Positions 1 to 9,631 of a stretch of 64,000 nt of DNA are shown here, one piece after another. The translations under genes and the position numbers were made by a program. Under the pieces are notes generated by a model. It ran no database searches, was not told the DNA's origin, and worked only from the letters and a program-made list of their open reading frames with translations. The stretch spans positions 32,001 through 96,000 of the forward strand of contig JAGSHN010000019.1 in the NCBI GenBank assembly GCA_029855935.1. Reading direction: 5' to 3'. Position 1 is the stretch's first letter; every line of letters begins with the position of its first letter. The DNA is from Candidatus Thorarchaeota archaeon. GTDB taxonomy: Archaea; Asgardarchaeota; Thorarchaeia; Thorarchaeales; Thorarchaeaceae.

Positions 1-157
1 ATCACTCTCTCCCGTCACTGATTGTCGTTGCTGCCGAGCGCGGAGAGCGTGGTCCTCGCTGGCCACATCTCTGCTCGAGTGACCACCTTGTGACCACTCA
101 CGCGCCCCTGCTCTGCAATGACTTCTCTTAAGATCTCAGGTGAGGATACGTCTCATC

Positions 158-928
158 TCACATCTCACTATCGCTGGGTGGTGTCCATCCCTCTATCTTG
201 GGGATATTGTGGACCAGCATGGCCTCCCGAGCAAGAGTAGCGAGCTTTTTCGCCTCGTCGACAGTCATATGCACTCGCGGTCCCGCCCTCGGCGCGGTCT
301 CTCGTGTCGCCTCGATCACCGCGAGGTCAGCATCGCGGACCATCTTCTCCACACTCTCGCACATCCTCGTGTCGCCGGTGTAGGCTATCACGGTCGTGCC
401 CACTCTGACGCGGTATCCAAGCGCTGGCATCGGGTTGTCCTGCCCGGTGGTGTTCTCCAGTCCCCAGTGCTCCACTTCGATGGCCTCAATCTTGAAGAAG
501 TCGGTGTCGAAGCCAGTGCCACTGCCCACCTCGTGGATGAATATCCTGTAGGGGATTGTCTCCGAGTATGCCCGACGGAAGGCGGTCACGACGGCAGGGA
601 CCTCTACACACCCCGCGGGGACAAGGATGTTCAGAGGCTCCGTTCGGTGCATCATTCTCAGGAAGCCGAGCAGCGCATAGATCCCGCCCATATGGTCAAA
701 GTGTCCGTGAGTGATGGCTATCACGTCAATGTCCTCTACAAAGTCGAGACTGCCTGCTGACAGCAGGTCCCTGAGAACACCGTCGCCAGCGTCGAGCAGC
801 ATTATCTTTCCTGTGAACTTGGATATCACGATCACCGACGAGCTGACGCCCGCCTGACTGTATCTGACCTCAACTCTCGCCTCGGGATTCTCCCACGTTC
901 GATGCGATTCCACAGACTGAGATGTCAT
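158..928 (-). CDS. MBL-fold metallo-hydrolase (RNase Z-like)
   Basis: LLDAGDG, THGHFDH (HxHxDH), YTGDT, EAT and later His motifs. Confidence 0.85.
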   Translation of the reverse strand: MTSQSVESHRTWENPEARVEVRYSQAGVSSSVIVISKFTGKIMLLDAGDGVLRDLLSAGSLDFVEDIDVIAITHGHFDHMGGIYALLGFLRMMHRTEPLNILVPAGCVEVPAVVTAFRRAYSETIPYRIFIHEVGSGTGFDTDFFKIEAIEVEHWGLENTTGQDNPMPALGYRVRVGTTVIAYTGDTRMCESVEKMVRDADLAVIEATRETAPRAGPRVHMTVDEAKKLATLAREAMLVHNIPKIEGWTPPSDSEM

Positions 929-1140
929 CTCTTCTCGCTTCTGCCAGCGTTTCCGCGGCTTATAATCGTGAGGATATGCTGTATCACTGCCGACACATCA
1001 TCGGGACTTGCCCCGAACCATCCCTCTCTCATTCTCCACCTGTCCCTGTCTGCGGTGGGGAGCAAGGGCTGAGTGAGGTGGCAGCACGGACATTGATGCT
1101 ACGCGCTGCCTCTCTTCTCGTCGGACTGGCTGATCTTGGA

Positions 1141-2376
1141 CTACCCCTTGTCCTCCTTGTATCCCATCTCGGGGACTCTGGCCAGCCAGTTCATACAGCC
1201 AGCGACAACAACGGAGATCACCAGGCCTGCGGTCGTCGTGAGGAATATGTCGATGAGCGAGGGTGTCGCATAACCGAGGATCTGCAGCCACGAGAAGTAC
1301 GTCCCAGCCAGCGCCATTCCCGAGGTCGCGACCTTGTTCAGTGGGACCTTGACACTGCGTGTCTGGAACACCCTCAGCTCTGTGAGAGCGGCTGCGAGCG
1401 CACCGCCCTTGTCCCTTGGAAGCCTCACCTTCTTGGAGAATCTCTTGACGGTCATCTTCGACTTGGGCCTCATCACACGTAGGGCCTGTGGGACCTTCTC
1501 GGCGAGTTGCTCAGCAAACAGTGCTCTGGCGTCCGTCTCGGTGATACCGCACTTCTTGCACGAGTCGCCCTCCTTGGGCCACTTCTTGCCACACTTTGGA
1601 CAGCGCCGGTGGTCCCACAGCTGCCCCGCAATCTCCTTGACGCGTCTCTTCAGCTCCTCAGGATCGACCTTCTCGTCCTTCTTGGGACGGCGTCTGAGGA
1701 CCACTTGGGCGGGGAAGACCTTTACTCCCAAGGGAGTCTCGCCACCGCGCATTCTGCGTGCTGACAGAATTCCGCGCTGGAACTCGTCGAGTGCGAACAG
1801 GAGGCCAAAGACGGACAGCACCGTAAACAGGAGCGTGAGGGCTCCGGAGACAGTCAGTAGTGATGCCAGACCTGTCTGGCCTATATGAATCACAAAGTCA
1901 TCAGAGATGGTGACATTGGTGTCGGGGGTGGTGACTAGAGAGTACGTGAATGAGATGTATCCGTCGACAGTTCCGGAGAACAGACTGATGCCCCCGGCAC
2001 CGAGCGCCTGCGCCAGCGAGATGCTCGTGTTGAGCAGATGGGCTGTCGTATTAGAGGGCACAGGCATATTGAAGTCGAACGGCTGGTCAATGAAGGCAAT
2101 CGACAGGTAGCGCATCACCAGTTGGCCCGACTTCAGAATGATGTCCTCTCCCGTGTTGATGGTGAGATTGAGTGTCAGGGTTGCGTTGGGCGTCACCTGA
2201 ATGGGTGTCGTGATGTTGGAGTCTGCCACAGATATACCGTTTATCTCGAAGAGAAACGCCAGTTCGTCGTTTCCGCTCCAGTGGGCCGGCTGGGCTCCAG
2301 CAGGGATGACAAACAGCACTGCGACCGACAGACTCAGAAGAGTGAATGACAGAAGGCTATACCTCTTTCTTCTCAG
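1141..2376 (-). CDS. Hypothetical membrane protein: signal peptide, extracellular domain, TM, Zn ribbon, putative wHTH, 2 C-terminal TMs
   Basis: ORF 1141..2319 extends in frame to CTG at 2376 behind GAGGAG, giving an RRKR/hydrophobic/AGA signal peptide; many NxS/T sequons; CPKC..CKKC. Confidence 0.7.
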   Translation of the reverse strand: MRRKRYSLLSFTLLSLSVAVLFVIPAGAQPAHWSGNDELAFLFEINGISVADSNITTPIQVTPNATLTLNLTINTGEDIILKSGQLVMRYLSIAFIDQPFDFNMPVPSNTTAHLLNTSISLAQALGAGGISLFSGTVDGYISFTYSLVTTPDTNVTISDDFVIHIGQTGLASLLTVSGALTLLFTVLSVFGLLFALDEFQRGILSARRMRGGETPLGVKVFPAQVVLRRRPKKDEKVDPEELKRRVKEIAGQLWDHRRCPKCGKKWPKEGDSCKKCGITETDARALFAEQLAEKVPQALRVMRPKSKMTVKRFSKKVRLPRDKGGALAAALTELRVFQTRSVKVPLNKVATSGMALAGTYFSWLQILGYATPSLIDIFLTTTAGLVISVVVAGCMNWLARVPEMGYKEDKG

Positions 2377-2460
2377 CGTGATCCTCTCCTCAGAGGTACT
2401 CGCTGCGGTATAATCTCTCTGCCCATAAATGATTGGGCGACGTACCGAGAGGTTGTCAGA

Positions 2461-2625
2461 CTACCTGACTTCCATCGGCACGCCACAGTGTACCGGGATA
2501 TCCTGATGGCCGCACTCAGCGCCCATCCAACATACGAGCTGTTCGCCCTCCACATGCATCTCCTTTCCACAATGCATTGGGACGGGCTCCTCGTGACCGC
2601 ATTTGACGCACACAAGCTTTGCCAT
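2461..2625 (-). CDS. Small metal-binding protein with two desulforedoxin-like repeats
   Basis: ATG at 2625, 54 aa; CVKCG..PMHCG..M and CWMGAECG..PVHCG..M. Confidence 0.75.
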   Translation of the reverse strand: MAKLVCVKCGHEEPVPMHCGKEMHVEGEQLVCWMGAECGHQDIPVHCGVPMEVR

Positions 2626-2702
2626 ATGTTTCACCGTGTAACTTTGCGCCCCGCACCTATTGACCCTTTTGCATGAGGCATCGCTCTCTTCACTGCCGAC
2701 GC

Positions 2703-4025
2703 TCACAGGTCCTTGGGACGGTACTTGTTCGGATCCTCCGCAAACACCTTCTCAGCCGTCTTGTGGGCACCCGGTGTGTCGAGCTCGATGTCACGCTTGG
2801 TGCTGCGGTCTGCGGACAATATCTCATGGCACACCTCGCTCTGGATGATCAGACGCTGTACCTCATTGCTGCCGGTCCAGATGATGCCCAGTCGGGCGTC
2901 ACGGAACAGCCTCTCGATGGGGTAGACATCGGTGTATCCTATCCCGCCCAGTATCTGCATTGCCTCGTTCACCGCTCGGAAGCCAGCCTCTGTACAGAAG
3001 ACCTTCGCCTGAGAGACCTCCTTGCGGCACCATCGACCTGTGTCGGCAACTCTTGCAGCACGGTAGACCAGCGCCCTCCCCGCATCAAGGAGCGTGGCAC
3101 AGTCTGCAATCTTGAAGCTGATTCCCTCGAATCTCCTGATGGCCTTGCCGAAGGCCTCTCTCTTGTCGGCATACCTGACAGCAATCTCGAGTGCGGCCTG
3201 TCCCATCCCGAGTGGTCCTGCTGCTGATGTCAGACGTTCAGGCACCATCATCGCATTGAAGACATCTGCGCCGCCGTTCAGCTTGCCGACAAGGTTTTCC
3301 TCCGGTACTCTGACATCCTTCAGGACGATACGCGCTGCTCCCATCCCACGACAGCCAAGGAGTTCATACTCCTCCTCGACACGCACGCCGGCATCACGGT
3401 CAACCAGGAAGGCACTCAAAGACTTGTGCGGTGGGGCCTCAAAGTCCGTCTTCGCATATATCAGAAAGTAGTCGGCACCGACGCCGCCAGCGACGAATCT
3501 CTTCTCCCCGTTGATGACATACTCATCTCCGCGTCTCACTGCGGTTGTGATTGTACCGAAGAAGTCCGAGCCGCTGCGTGGCTCGGTCAGGCCCTCTGCA
3601 CAGATCTTGTCCCCCCGGAGGGTTGGAAGAAGGTACTCCTCCTTCTGCCTGCGTGTACCGAACTTGTTGATGGCCTCTCCGACAATGCTGGGTAATGAGT
3701 AGGCGCAGCTCAGTGCAATGCCCAGCACGCCGACCTCCTCAACAGCCAACATCTCGGCGACCCAGCCCAGTCCGCGACCGCCGAACTCCTCTGGAAACCT
3801 CAGTCCGAGGAGGTTGGCCTCTCCTGCAGCCCTGACGAACTCGTAGGGATACTCCTTCTCGCGGCTGTCCATCTTCAGGATGAGCGACCGGTCCACCTTG
3901 TCACGGACGAAGGCGCGCACCTCGTCCCTGATGGCCTTCTCTTCTGGAGTGAGCAACTCGTCGAACAATCTTTCCACCTCGGGTCTGTTGATTCTACTCC
4001 AGAACCGTTTGGTCGCGGCAGGCAA
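2703..4025 (-). CDS. Acyl-CoA dehydrogenase family protein
   Basis: GLTEPRSGSD, INGEKRF, REAFGKAI, QILGGIGY, IWTGSNEVQ. Confidence 0.93.
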   Translation of the reverse strand: MPAATKRFWSRINRPEVERLFDELLTPEEKAIRDEVRAFVRDKVDRSLILKMDSREKEYPYEFVRAAGEANLLGLRFPEEFGGRGLGWVAEMLAVEEVGVLGIALSCAYSLPSIVGEAINKFGTRRQKEEYLLPTLRGDKICAEGLTEPRSGSDFFGTITTAVRRGDEYVINGEKRFVAGGVGADYFLIYAKTDFEAPPHKSLSAFLVDRDAGVRVEEEYELLGCRGMGAARIVLKDVRVPEENLVGKLNGGADVFNAMMVPERLTSAAGPLGMGQAALEIAVRYADKREAFGKAIRRFEGISFKIADCATLLDAGRALVYRAARVADTGRWCRKEVSQAKVFCTEAGFRAVNEAMQILGGIGYTDVYPIERLFRDARLGIIWTGSNEVQRLIIQSEVCHEILSADRSTKRDIELDTPGAHKTAEKVFAEDPNKYRPKDL

Positions 4026-4107
4026 TAAGAGGTGTCACTGGTGCTTGGCGGAAGGTGATCTCTTCCTCGTTCCGTGACGGTAATACTCCCCTATGACATC
4101 GCCGCCA

Positions 4108-4455
4108 TCAGTCATTGCTGTGAAGCAGCGCCTCAAGGGTCTCGGGCGATCCACCACTCCTCTCCACGTGAAGGGCCTCCACCGGGCAGACCATCTCACA
4201 GGCATAGCAGAGAATGCACTCCTCCTCCCTCTCAGGATCCACCACGGGGAGTCCATCATCGGTCCTGTCGACTTTGAAGACACTCACGGGACACACAGGG
4301 ATACATCTCATACACCCCGTACACGAGGTCCAGTGAACACCGACTCGTGTGCCGTGGATGACTTCCCCAACGTGGTCCCTGCTGGACCATACGCTGTGAC
4401 CAGCATGTGTTCCGACCGGTCTCCAAGTGCTCCTGAAGGAGCGGTCTATGGGCAT
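4108..4455 (-). CDS. zfx: Zinc-containing-type dicluster ferredoxin
   Basis: MPID...THAGH.VW...IHGT.VGV N-terminal extension as in Sulfolobus/Thermoplasma Zfx; CxxCxxCxxxCP twice. Confidence 0.8.
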   Translation of the reverse strand: MPIDRSFRSTWRPVGTHAGHSVWSSRDHVGEVIHGTRVGVHWTSCTGCMRCIPVCPVSVFKVDRTDDGLPVVDPEREEECILCYACEMVCPVEALHVERSGGSPETLEALLHSND

Positions 4456-4506
4456 TGCACGAGCGCCTCCGTCACCCCGTATCCACTGCACCAGGCCCGC
4501 AACTGG

Positions 4507-5622
4507 CTACTGCAATGCCTGTGTCAGAACATCTTCCACCATGAATTCTCTGTCGGTACGCCACCTGTGGTTCTCCTCGTCCAAGGTCTGTGACCATATG
4601 TAGAATATGTAGCTGTGTGTGTAGTCCATCAGGAACACGGACATCTCAGTCAGCAGCGAGTAGAGGCTCGACAGCAGTGGCGATAGATGTGATGGCTGGA
4701 GTCGGACGAACCAAAAGAGCTCATCTCCACTGACACGCATTGTGGACTCGAAGGGTATGGGACGGGCCTGCAGTCTTGACCAGAGGTCGAGCAGTTCGTC
4801 TGGATCGCCTCTCCCGACGACTATGATGTTGCTGTAGATGTCGAACGCCTCTGGGTCAAAGGCGACCCTATATCCCTCGATGCACTCCTCTCTGAGCATC
4901 CTGAGTCGTCGACTGAAGGTGGTCGGCGTGATGTCTACTCCGCGCCGTCGCAGAGCGTCTATGATCTCCACATTCTTCCGTCTGGCGTTCTTCATCAGCT
5001 CATAGAGTATCTCAAGATCCCTCTGAGTCAGCCACTCTAGTGCAACGCCCGAATCGCCCGTGGGGCTCTCCTGAGGCGGGGCCATCACGTCGGTCTGGAA
5101 CCAGTTCGCCCAGTCAAAATCCCATCTCATCGACTCTGGGTCCCAGCCATCTATTTTCAGCGACGTGTAGATTGTGGGTTCGTTGGCCACCACGAACTGC
5201 GCCCTCTCGACGACTCCAGCCTGCTGCAGTAGTCTCACAAGCCCTCTGACCTGTGATGAGGTGCCGAGGGGCACTCTGAACTGCAGGAACACGCCATTGA
5301 ATGCGCCATAGCATCTGCATCTGTACGCGGTGTACGGATGCACCCTGGCAACTCTCTCAAGGACTGTCGTTGCCTCCGGCCCAGTCGCCTCCAGCAGAAC
5401 GTCGGTGGCCTCAAGACCGAGGTTGTGATTGTTCAGTAACGGGTTGACCGTGAAGTATCTCTTCCCTCCCTCCTCACCACTGAGAAGACGTAGCCTCCTC
5501 AGTGCTGTCGGCTTGGAGACACCAATCCTGGTTGCAAGTTCCTCGATTGTCGCCAGGGGCCTCTCCTGGAGGGCAATCAGTAGCGAGAGATACTGCGCCG
5601 TCAGGCCAGCCACCAGACTCAC
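4507..5622 (-). CDS. Tandem wHTH Lrp/AsnC-like transcriptional regulator (copy A)
   Basis: Two HTH regions (ATIEELATRIGVSKPTALRRL; DLEILYELMKNAR..ITPTTFSRRL); paralog of 12341..13531; GTG at 5622 behind a G-rich SD. Confidence 0.8.
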   Translation of the reverse strand: MSLVAGLTAQYLSLLIALQERPLATIEELATRIGVSKPTALRRLRLLSGEEGGKRYFTVNPLLNNHNLGLEATDVLLEATGPEATTVLERVARVHPYTAYRCRCYGAFNGVFLQFRVPLGTSSQVRGLVRLLQQAGVVERAQFVVANEPTIYTSLKIDGWDPESMRWDFDWANWFQTDVMAPPQESPTGDSGVALEWLTQRDLEILYELMKNARRKNVEIIDALRRRGVDITPTTFSRRLRMLREECIEGYRVAFDPEAFDIYSNIIVVGRGDPDELLDLWSRLQARPIPFESTMRVSGDELFWFVRLQPSHLSPLLSSLYSLLTEMSVFLMDYTHSYIFYIWSQTLDEENHRWRTDREFMVEDVLTQALQ

Positions 5623-5657
5623 GGCTCCCCCCTTCACTTGGTCGACTCAGAGAGGGC

Positions 5658-6152
5658 CTATGGTGTGGCGGTGAACGAGAGCACCTCTGCAAGCGGAGGC
5701 CCTGGATTACCCTCTGTCGGCGGGTCGAATGCGAGTGAGTCGGCTGACCAGTATGTCGTCTGCCCGCACTCTATCTCGGTGTAGACGAGAAACCTGTACC
5801 AGCCGGGTTCGGTGATGACATTATACCATCCGACGTTGAGATGTACGTGCCTGTAGGTCCCCACAATTGTCACAATGAAGAGATAGGCATCACCAGACGG
5901 TAGGACAAGATAACAGTAGACATCCGTGAGCGTGAAACACGCCGGGCAATAGACCTCGATGAACAGGCCTGTCACGGCGTCGTCCCTCACACCATCTGCA
6001 TCGAGGTCAACATACTCTCCTCTCTCTGCAATCACGTTGAACCACGTGGCCCTGCAGGAGCGTCTTCCCGCAGCACTGGCTGGGGTAACGAACGACACAG
6101 ATGCCACGACAATCATGACGAGGAGCAACAGCCTTGTTGTGCGACTAATCAT
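5658..6152 (-). CDS. Secreted hypothetical protein with DxDxDG loop and FDPP motif (copy A)
   Basis: Signal peptide ending PASA; YVDLDADGVRDD, LPSG, TEPGWY, FDPPTEG; paralog of 13592..14101. Confidence 0.8.
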   Translation of the reverse strand: MISRTTRLLLLVMIVVASVSFVTPASAAGRRSCRATWFNVIAERGEYVDLDADGVRDDAVTGLFIEVYCPACFTLTDVYCYLVLPSGDAYLFIVTIVGTYRHVHLNVGWYNVITEPGWYRFLVYTEIECGQTTYWSADSLAFDPPTEGNPGPPLAEVLSFTATP

Positions 6153-6267
6153 ATGAGCAGTCACTCCGTACCACCGAATGGACGGCGACTTTTATCTCTA
6201 TTGACCCTCTCTGGCCCGCCAGCCATTGGCTCATACGTTGACTGGGCCGCTGTGTATAGTTCCCTGG

Positions 6268-7014
6268 TCAGCTCTCCATTCTCCGCGCCACGACAACAAT
6301 TGACCGATGCTGTCTCTCGTCCAGCTCCCTCCCGTCATAGCCACCGTTCCAGCTGGTGGGGGCGAGGCCCGCCTCTCTCAGTGCGGCGTTCAGTATCTCT
6401 CTGTTGAGATGCAACACACTCTGAGTGCGGACTGTGGTGGCCCACTCATCGTCCTGTCCGATGATCCCCGTCATCACAAGAGTGGACCTGCTCTCTGCTG
6501 GCCAGTGTTCGAAGAATCTGGCAAACACGACTGTACGACCGTCGGACATCTGGCCGTGGGTGAGCGGGAAGAACCTGAATCCGCTCTCCAGCACCTCCCG
6601 AGAGTTCAGAACTTGGATCACGACCCTGCCGTTCGCTGCAAGGACGCTGGCCATTCCCCGCAGTGTATCAATCACCTCGGCGCGACTAGAGAGTAGTGAC
6701 AACGAATTGCCCAGGCATATCACGAGGTCTGCCCTGACGTCCATCTCTCCGACATTCCGCATGTCCATCACATTGAACTCTAGGTCGACATTGTGTTCAG
6801 AGGCAAGTTGACGGGCCTGCTCAATCATCTGTGAACTGATGTCGATGCCCACGCCACGATGGCCGTGTTCTGCAAGAGCAACAAGGTGTCTCCCGCTTCC
6901 GCAGGCGATATCGAGGACGAGGCCGTCCTCCGGCGGGAGATGCTGTAACAGAAACGGTATCTCGCGTCCGAGTCGTGCCTCCCAGTCAATAGCCCGGTCG
7001 TAGGCCAGTGCCAC
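6268..7014 (-). CDS. Class I SAM-dependent methyltransferase (glycine/sarcosine N-methyltransferase-like)
   Basis: LDIACGSGRH motif I, GIDIS, ICLGNSL. Confidence 0.88.
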   Translation of the reverse strand: MALAYDRAIDWEARLGREIPFLLQHLPPEDGLVLDIACGSGRHLVALAEHGHRGVGIDISSQMIEQARQLASEHNVDLEFNVMDMRNVGEMDVRADLVICLGNSLSLLSSRAEVIDTLRGMASVLAANGRVVIQVLNSREVLESGFRFFPLTHGQMSDGRTVVFARFFEHWPAESRSTLVMTGIIGQDDEWATTVRTQSVLHLNREILNAALREAGLAPTSWNGGYDGRELDERQHRSIVVVARRMES

Positions 7015-7080
7015 CTCATCAAACTCTGTCAGTGTGGTCCTCCTCCAATTCCGAACTGGTCAGGGCGAGCGTCTGGCCGC

Positions 7081-7662
7081 CTATACCTTGCCCTGTTTCC
7101 AGTCGCCATGGGTCCAGAGTATCCTGTGATACTCTCTCATCAGCACATCTGGCCAGCTCCCTACAGACCTCAGAAAGATGTTGGCCGTCAGCGATACGTG
7201 GTCATCGCGTGCAAAGACCTCTAACTCGGGGCACTCGAACAGCGGTGATATGTCAATTCTCCGCAACTCGTTATGGTCGAGACGTATCTCACGTAGATGT
7301 GGACAGTCAGCCAGTGGTGTCAGGTCTATGCTCCGCAGCCTGTTGTGGCTCAGGTCAATCTCCCTGAGGGCCTTGCATCGTGACAGCGGTGTGAGATCGA
7401 GTTCCGTGATGCGGTTGTACTGCAGCCACAGGCTCTCCAGCTGAGGGCAATATACGAGGGGCCACAGGTCGATGCGTGCAATATCTCTCAGTTGGAGGTT
7501 GACCCTAGTGTCGTCCCGCCCGATGAGAATCTGAGTCTCAAGACCGCTCGTGGTGACGTACCTCACACTCACACTACGGTCGTCCTGCTCGACCCCGGCA
7601 ACCAGCCGCCCCTCTGGGTCGCTGTCATTCCTCTCGTGTTCTTGTTGATTGATGCGCATCAA
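7081..7662 (-). CDS. Leucine-rich repeat protein
   Basis: 22-aa LRRs LxxLxLxxNxI/LxxIDLxPLxxC. Confidence 0.85.
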   Translation of the reverse strand: MMRINQQEHERNDSDPEGRLVAGVEQDDRSVSVRYVTTSGLETQILIGRDDTRVNLQLRDIARIDLWPLVYCPQLESLWLQYNRITELDLTPLSRCKALREIDLSHNRLRSIDLTPLADCPHLREIRLDHNELRRIDISPLFECPELEVFARDDHVSLTANIFLRSVGSWPDVLMREYHRILWTHGDWKQGKV

Positions 7663-7778
7663 CTCATAGTCTGGACAAACAGTATATCAATCCTGTCAAT
7701 CCCACTCTCAGGCTGTGTGAGCGCAACTGGGGCTCTGATGATCGTGCGGTGCCTGAGCATATCCTCTCTTCGCGTCCC

Positions 7779-8438
7779 TCACATCAGACTCATTCTCTCT
7801 CTCAGGTACTCGAGACCCCTCTCCAGAGTGAACAGGCGTCTGAAGTCTCCTCTCTCCTCAGCCTCTCTGATCTCCTCGATGAAGGCCTTCTCGACCTTCT
7901 CACAGAGTCTGAATCTCAACGTCTCATCGACGATATGTGCGTTGTCGGGGCTTGGATACAGGTCTGCAAGCTCAGCATAGATTCTATTCTTGATGTTCTC
8001 GACAACACGCTGTGGGTCCATCTCCTCCGGAGTGCGTGTCCAGTGGACAGCACGCCTGCGTCGCAGTCCGTCGAGTGGACGTGGTCTGGGTCCGCTGGTT
8101 CCAATCTCGTAGTCGGCACGGATGACGACTGCAGGATCGACCTCTATTGTGGAGAGGTGTGGACAGGAGAACAGCGGGGTGACGTCAAGCTCTGTCAGAG
8201 GGTTATTGATGAGATTGAGACTTGACAGTCTCTTGCATCGGATTAGTGGCCACAGGTCAATCTGAGTCAGGCTGTTGTTGGACAGGTCTAGTGACCTCAG
8301 TTCCGTGCACCTAGCTAGGGGTGCAAGATCGATACTGGTGATGTGACGGTATGAGAGGTCGATGGCTGTGATCTCAGGCTCCAGACGGAGGATGTCCTCG
8401 CCGCGCCTCGTCCTGTACCTGAGCAGAATTGTTTCCAC
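7779..8438 (-). CDS. Leucine-rich repeat protein with C-terminal helical region
   Basis: LRSLDLSNNSLTQIDLWPLIRC repeats; same family as the neighbouring gene. Confidence 0.85.
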   Translation of the reverse strand: METILLRYRTRRGEDILRLEPEITAIDLSYRHITSIDLAPLARCTELRSLDLSNNSLTQIDLWPLIRCKRLSSLNLINNPLTELDVTPLFSCPHLSTIEVDPAVVIRADYEIGTSGPRPRPLDGLRRRRAVHWTRTPEEMDPQRVVENIKNRIYAELADLYPSPDNAHIVDETLRFRLCEKVEKAFIEEIREAEERGDFRRLFTLERGLEYLRERMSLM

Positions 8439-8460
8439 GGTCCTCGGCCTCCTCTTGGTA

Positions 8461-8520
8461 GATGAATCAATTGATAATTATATCGTCTAATGTTAAGACA
8501 CACTCTATAATAATCTATTG
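8461..8520 (-). promoter_or_regulatory. AT-rich promoter region of the LRR pair
   Basis: Strongly AT-rich island; palindromes ATCAATTGAT (8466-8475) and ATAATTAT (8474-8481). Confidence 0.45.
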
Positions 8521-8607
8521 CAATGTGCTGGACGACGCGGACAACGAGACGCACCACACAGTGACGTAGCCGATATTGAACAAGTGCTCAGCACGAGGGT
8601 CTCGGTC

Positions 8608-9612
8608 TCAGTCGGTGCCATCTTGCCTACTCTGGGCGGACCTGGCATAATAGGGCGACATGCTGAGCATTCTTCTTCTGATGTACCAACGTACGAGCGG
8701 AATGAACCACCGACGCCACCCAAGCGATCTCCGCAGGTCCTCCAGATAGTCATCGTAGGTCCTTGTCTGATATTGTAGCAGTGCCTGTGACTCTGTGGTG
8801 TCCATAAAGTCAGTATGATAGTAGTCCTCGTCTCTATCAGGCACTATGAATGCCTCTTCCGGTAGCATGCCAATTCCCATCGCCTCAAGAGCACGCTTGA
8901 TGAACTCCCTGTACGTCATCCGGCACCGTTCACCTCCTGCTATGAGGAGGACCCTGCCGACTACGTCTGCTGTAACTGCATTGGTGATGGCGAGACCCAC
9001 ATCACGGGGGTGCACGAACTCGACTCGCTGACTCAGTGGCACGTGAAACATCTCACTGCGCCTCGACCGGGCGAGCCAGTCATAGTCCACTGCTGGGGCC
9101 GCGCTCAGCCTCAGGACGACCCACTGTAGACCACTCTCCCTGACTAGCCGTTCAGCCTCAATCTTTGTTTCAGAGTAGACATCGACGGCCACCTGTGGAT
9201 CAGTCGCCGTCTTCGGTGGTCCTCTCCCAGTGGAGTGGCCATAGGTTGCGACTGAACTTGTGTATATGAGCCTAGGGGGTTGTTCGAGATCTCGTGCCGC
9301 CTCAACGACATTTCTGGTGCCTCCAACGTTGACAGCCCTAGTCAGTTCTGGTTGCTCCTCCGACGCTGGGGGCAGGACTGCAGCAAGATGCACTATACAG
9401 TCGACATCTCTGACTGCATCTCTCACGTCCTCAGGCGATCTGATGTCGCCCCATATCACATCCACTCTGTCCAGATGCCTTAGGCGGCGGGCACGGCGCT
9501 CATTGGTCTCTGTCCGGAGATCGAAGGCCATCACGGTGTTTCCCTGCTCAAGCAGCTGCGGGACAGTGTTCTGTCCGATGTTTCCCAGTGCACCAGTCAC
9601 CAGTACGCGCAT
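8608..9612 (-). CDS. NAD-dependent epimerase/dehydratase (extended SDR)
   Basis: VTGALGNIG, HLAA, TSS, YSETK (YxxxK). Confidence 0.9.
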   Translation of the reverse strand: MRVLVTGALGNIGQNTVPQLLEQGNTVMAFDLRTETNERRARRLRHLDRVDVIWGDIRSPEDVRDAVRDVDCIVHLAAVLPPASEEQPELTRAVNVGGTRNVVEAARDLEQPPRLIYTSSVATYGHSTGRGPPKTATDPQVAVDVYSETKIEAERLVRESGLQWVVLRLSAAPAVDYDWLARSRRSEMFHVPLSQRVEFVHPRDVGLAITNAVTADVVGRVLLIAGGERCRMTYREFIKRALEAMGIGMLPEEAFIVPDRDEDYYHTDFMDTTESQALLQYQTRTYDDYLEDLRRSLGWRRWFIPLVRWYIRRRMLSMSPYYARSAQSRQDGTD

Positions 9613-9631
9613 ACCTACACCGAGCCCAGTC

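Noticed and set aside
1-66. Possible 5' end of a minus-strand gene running off the window
   Set aside because: Only about 22 codons visible; cannot be supported.
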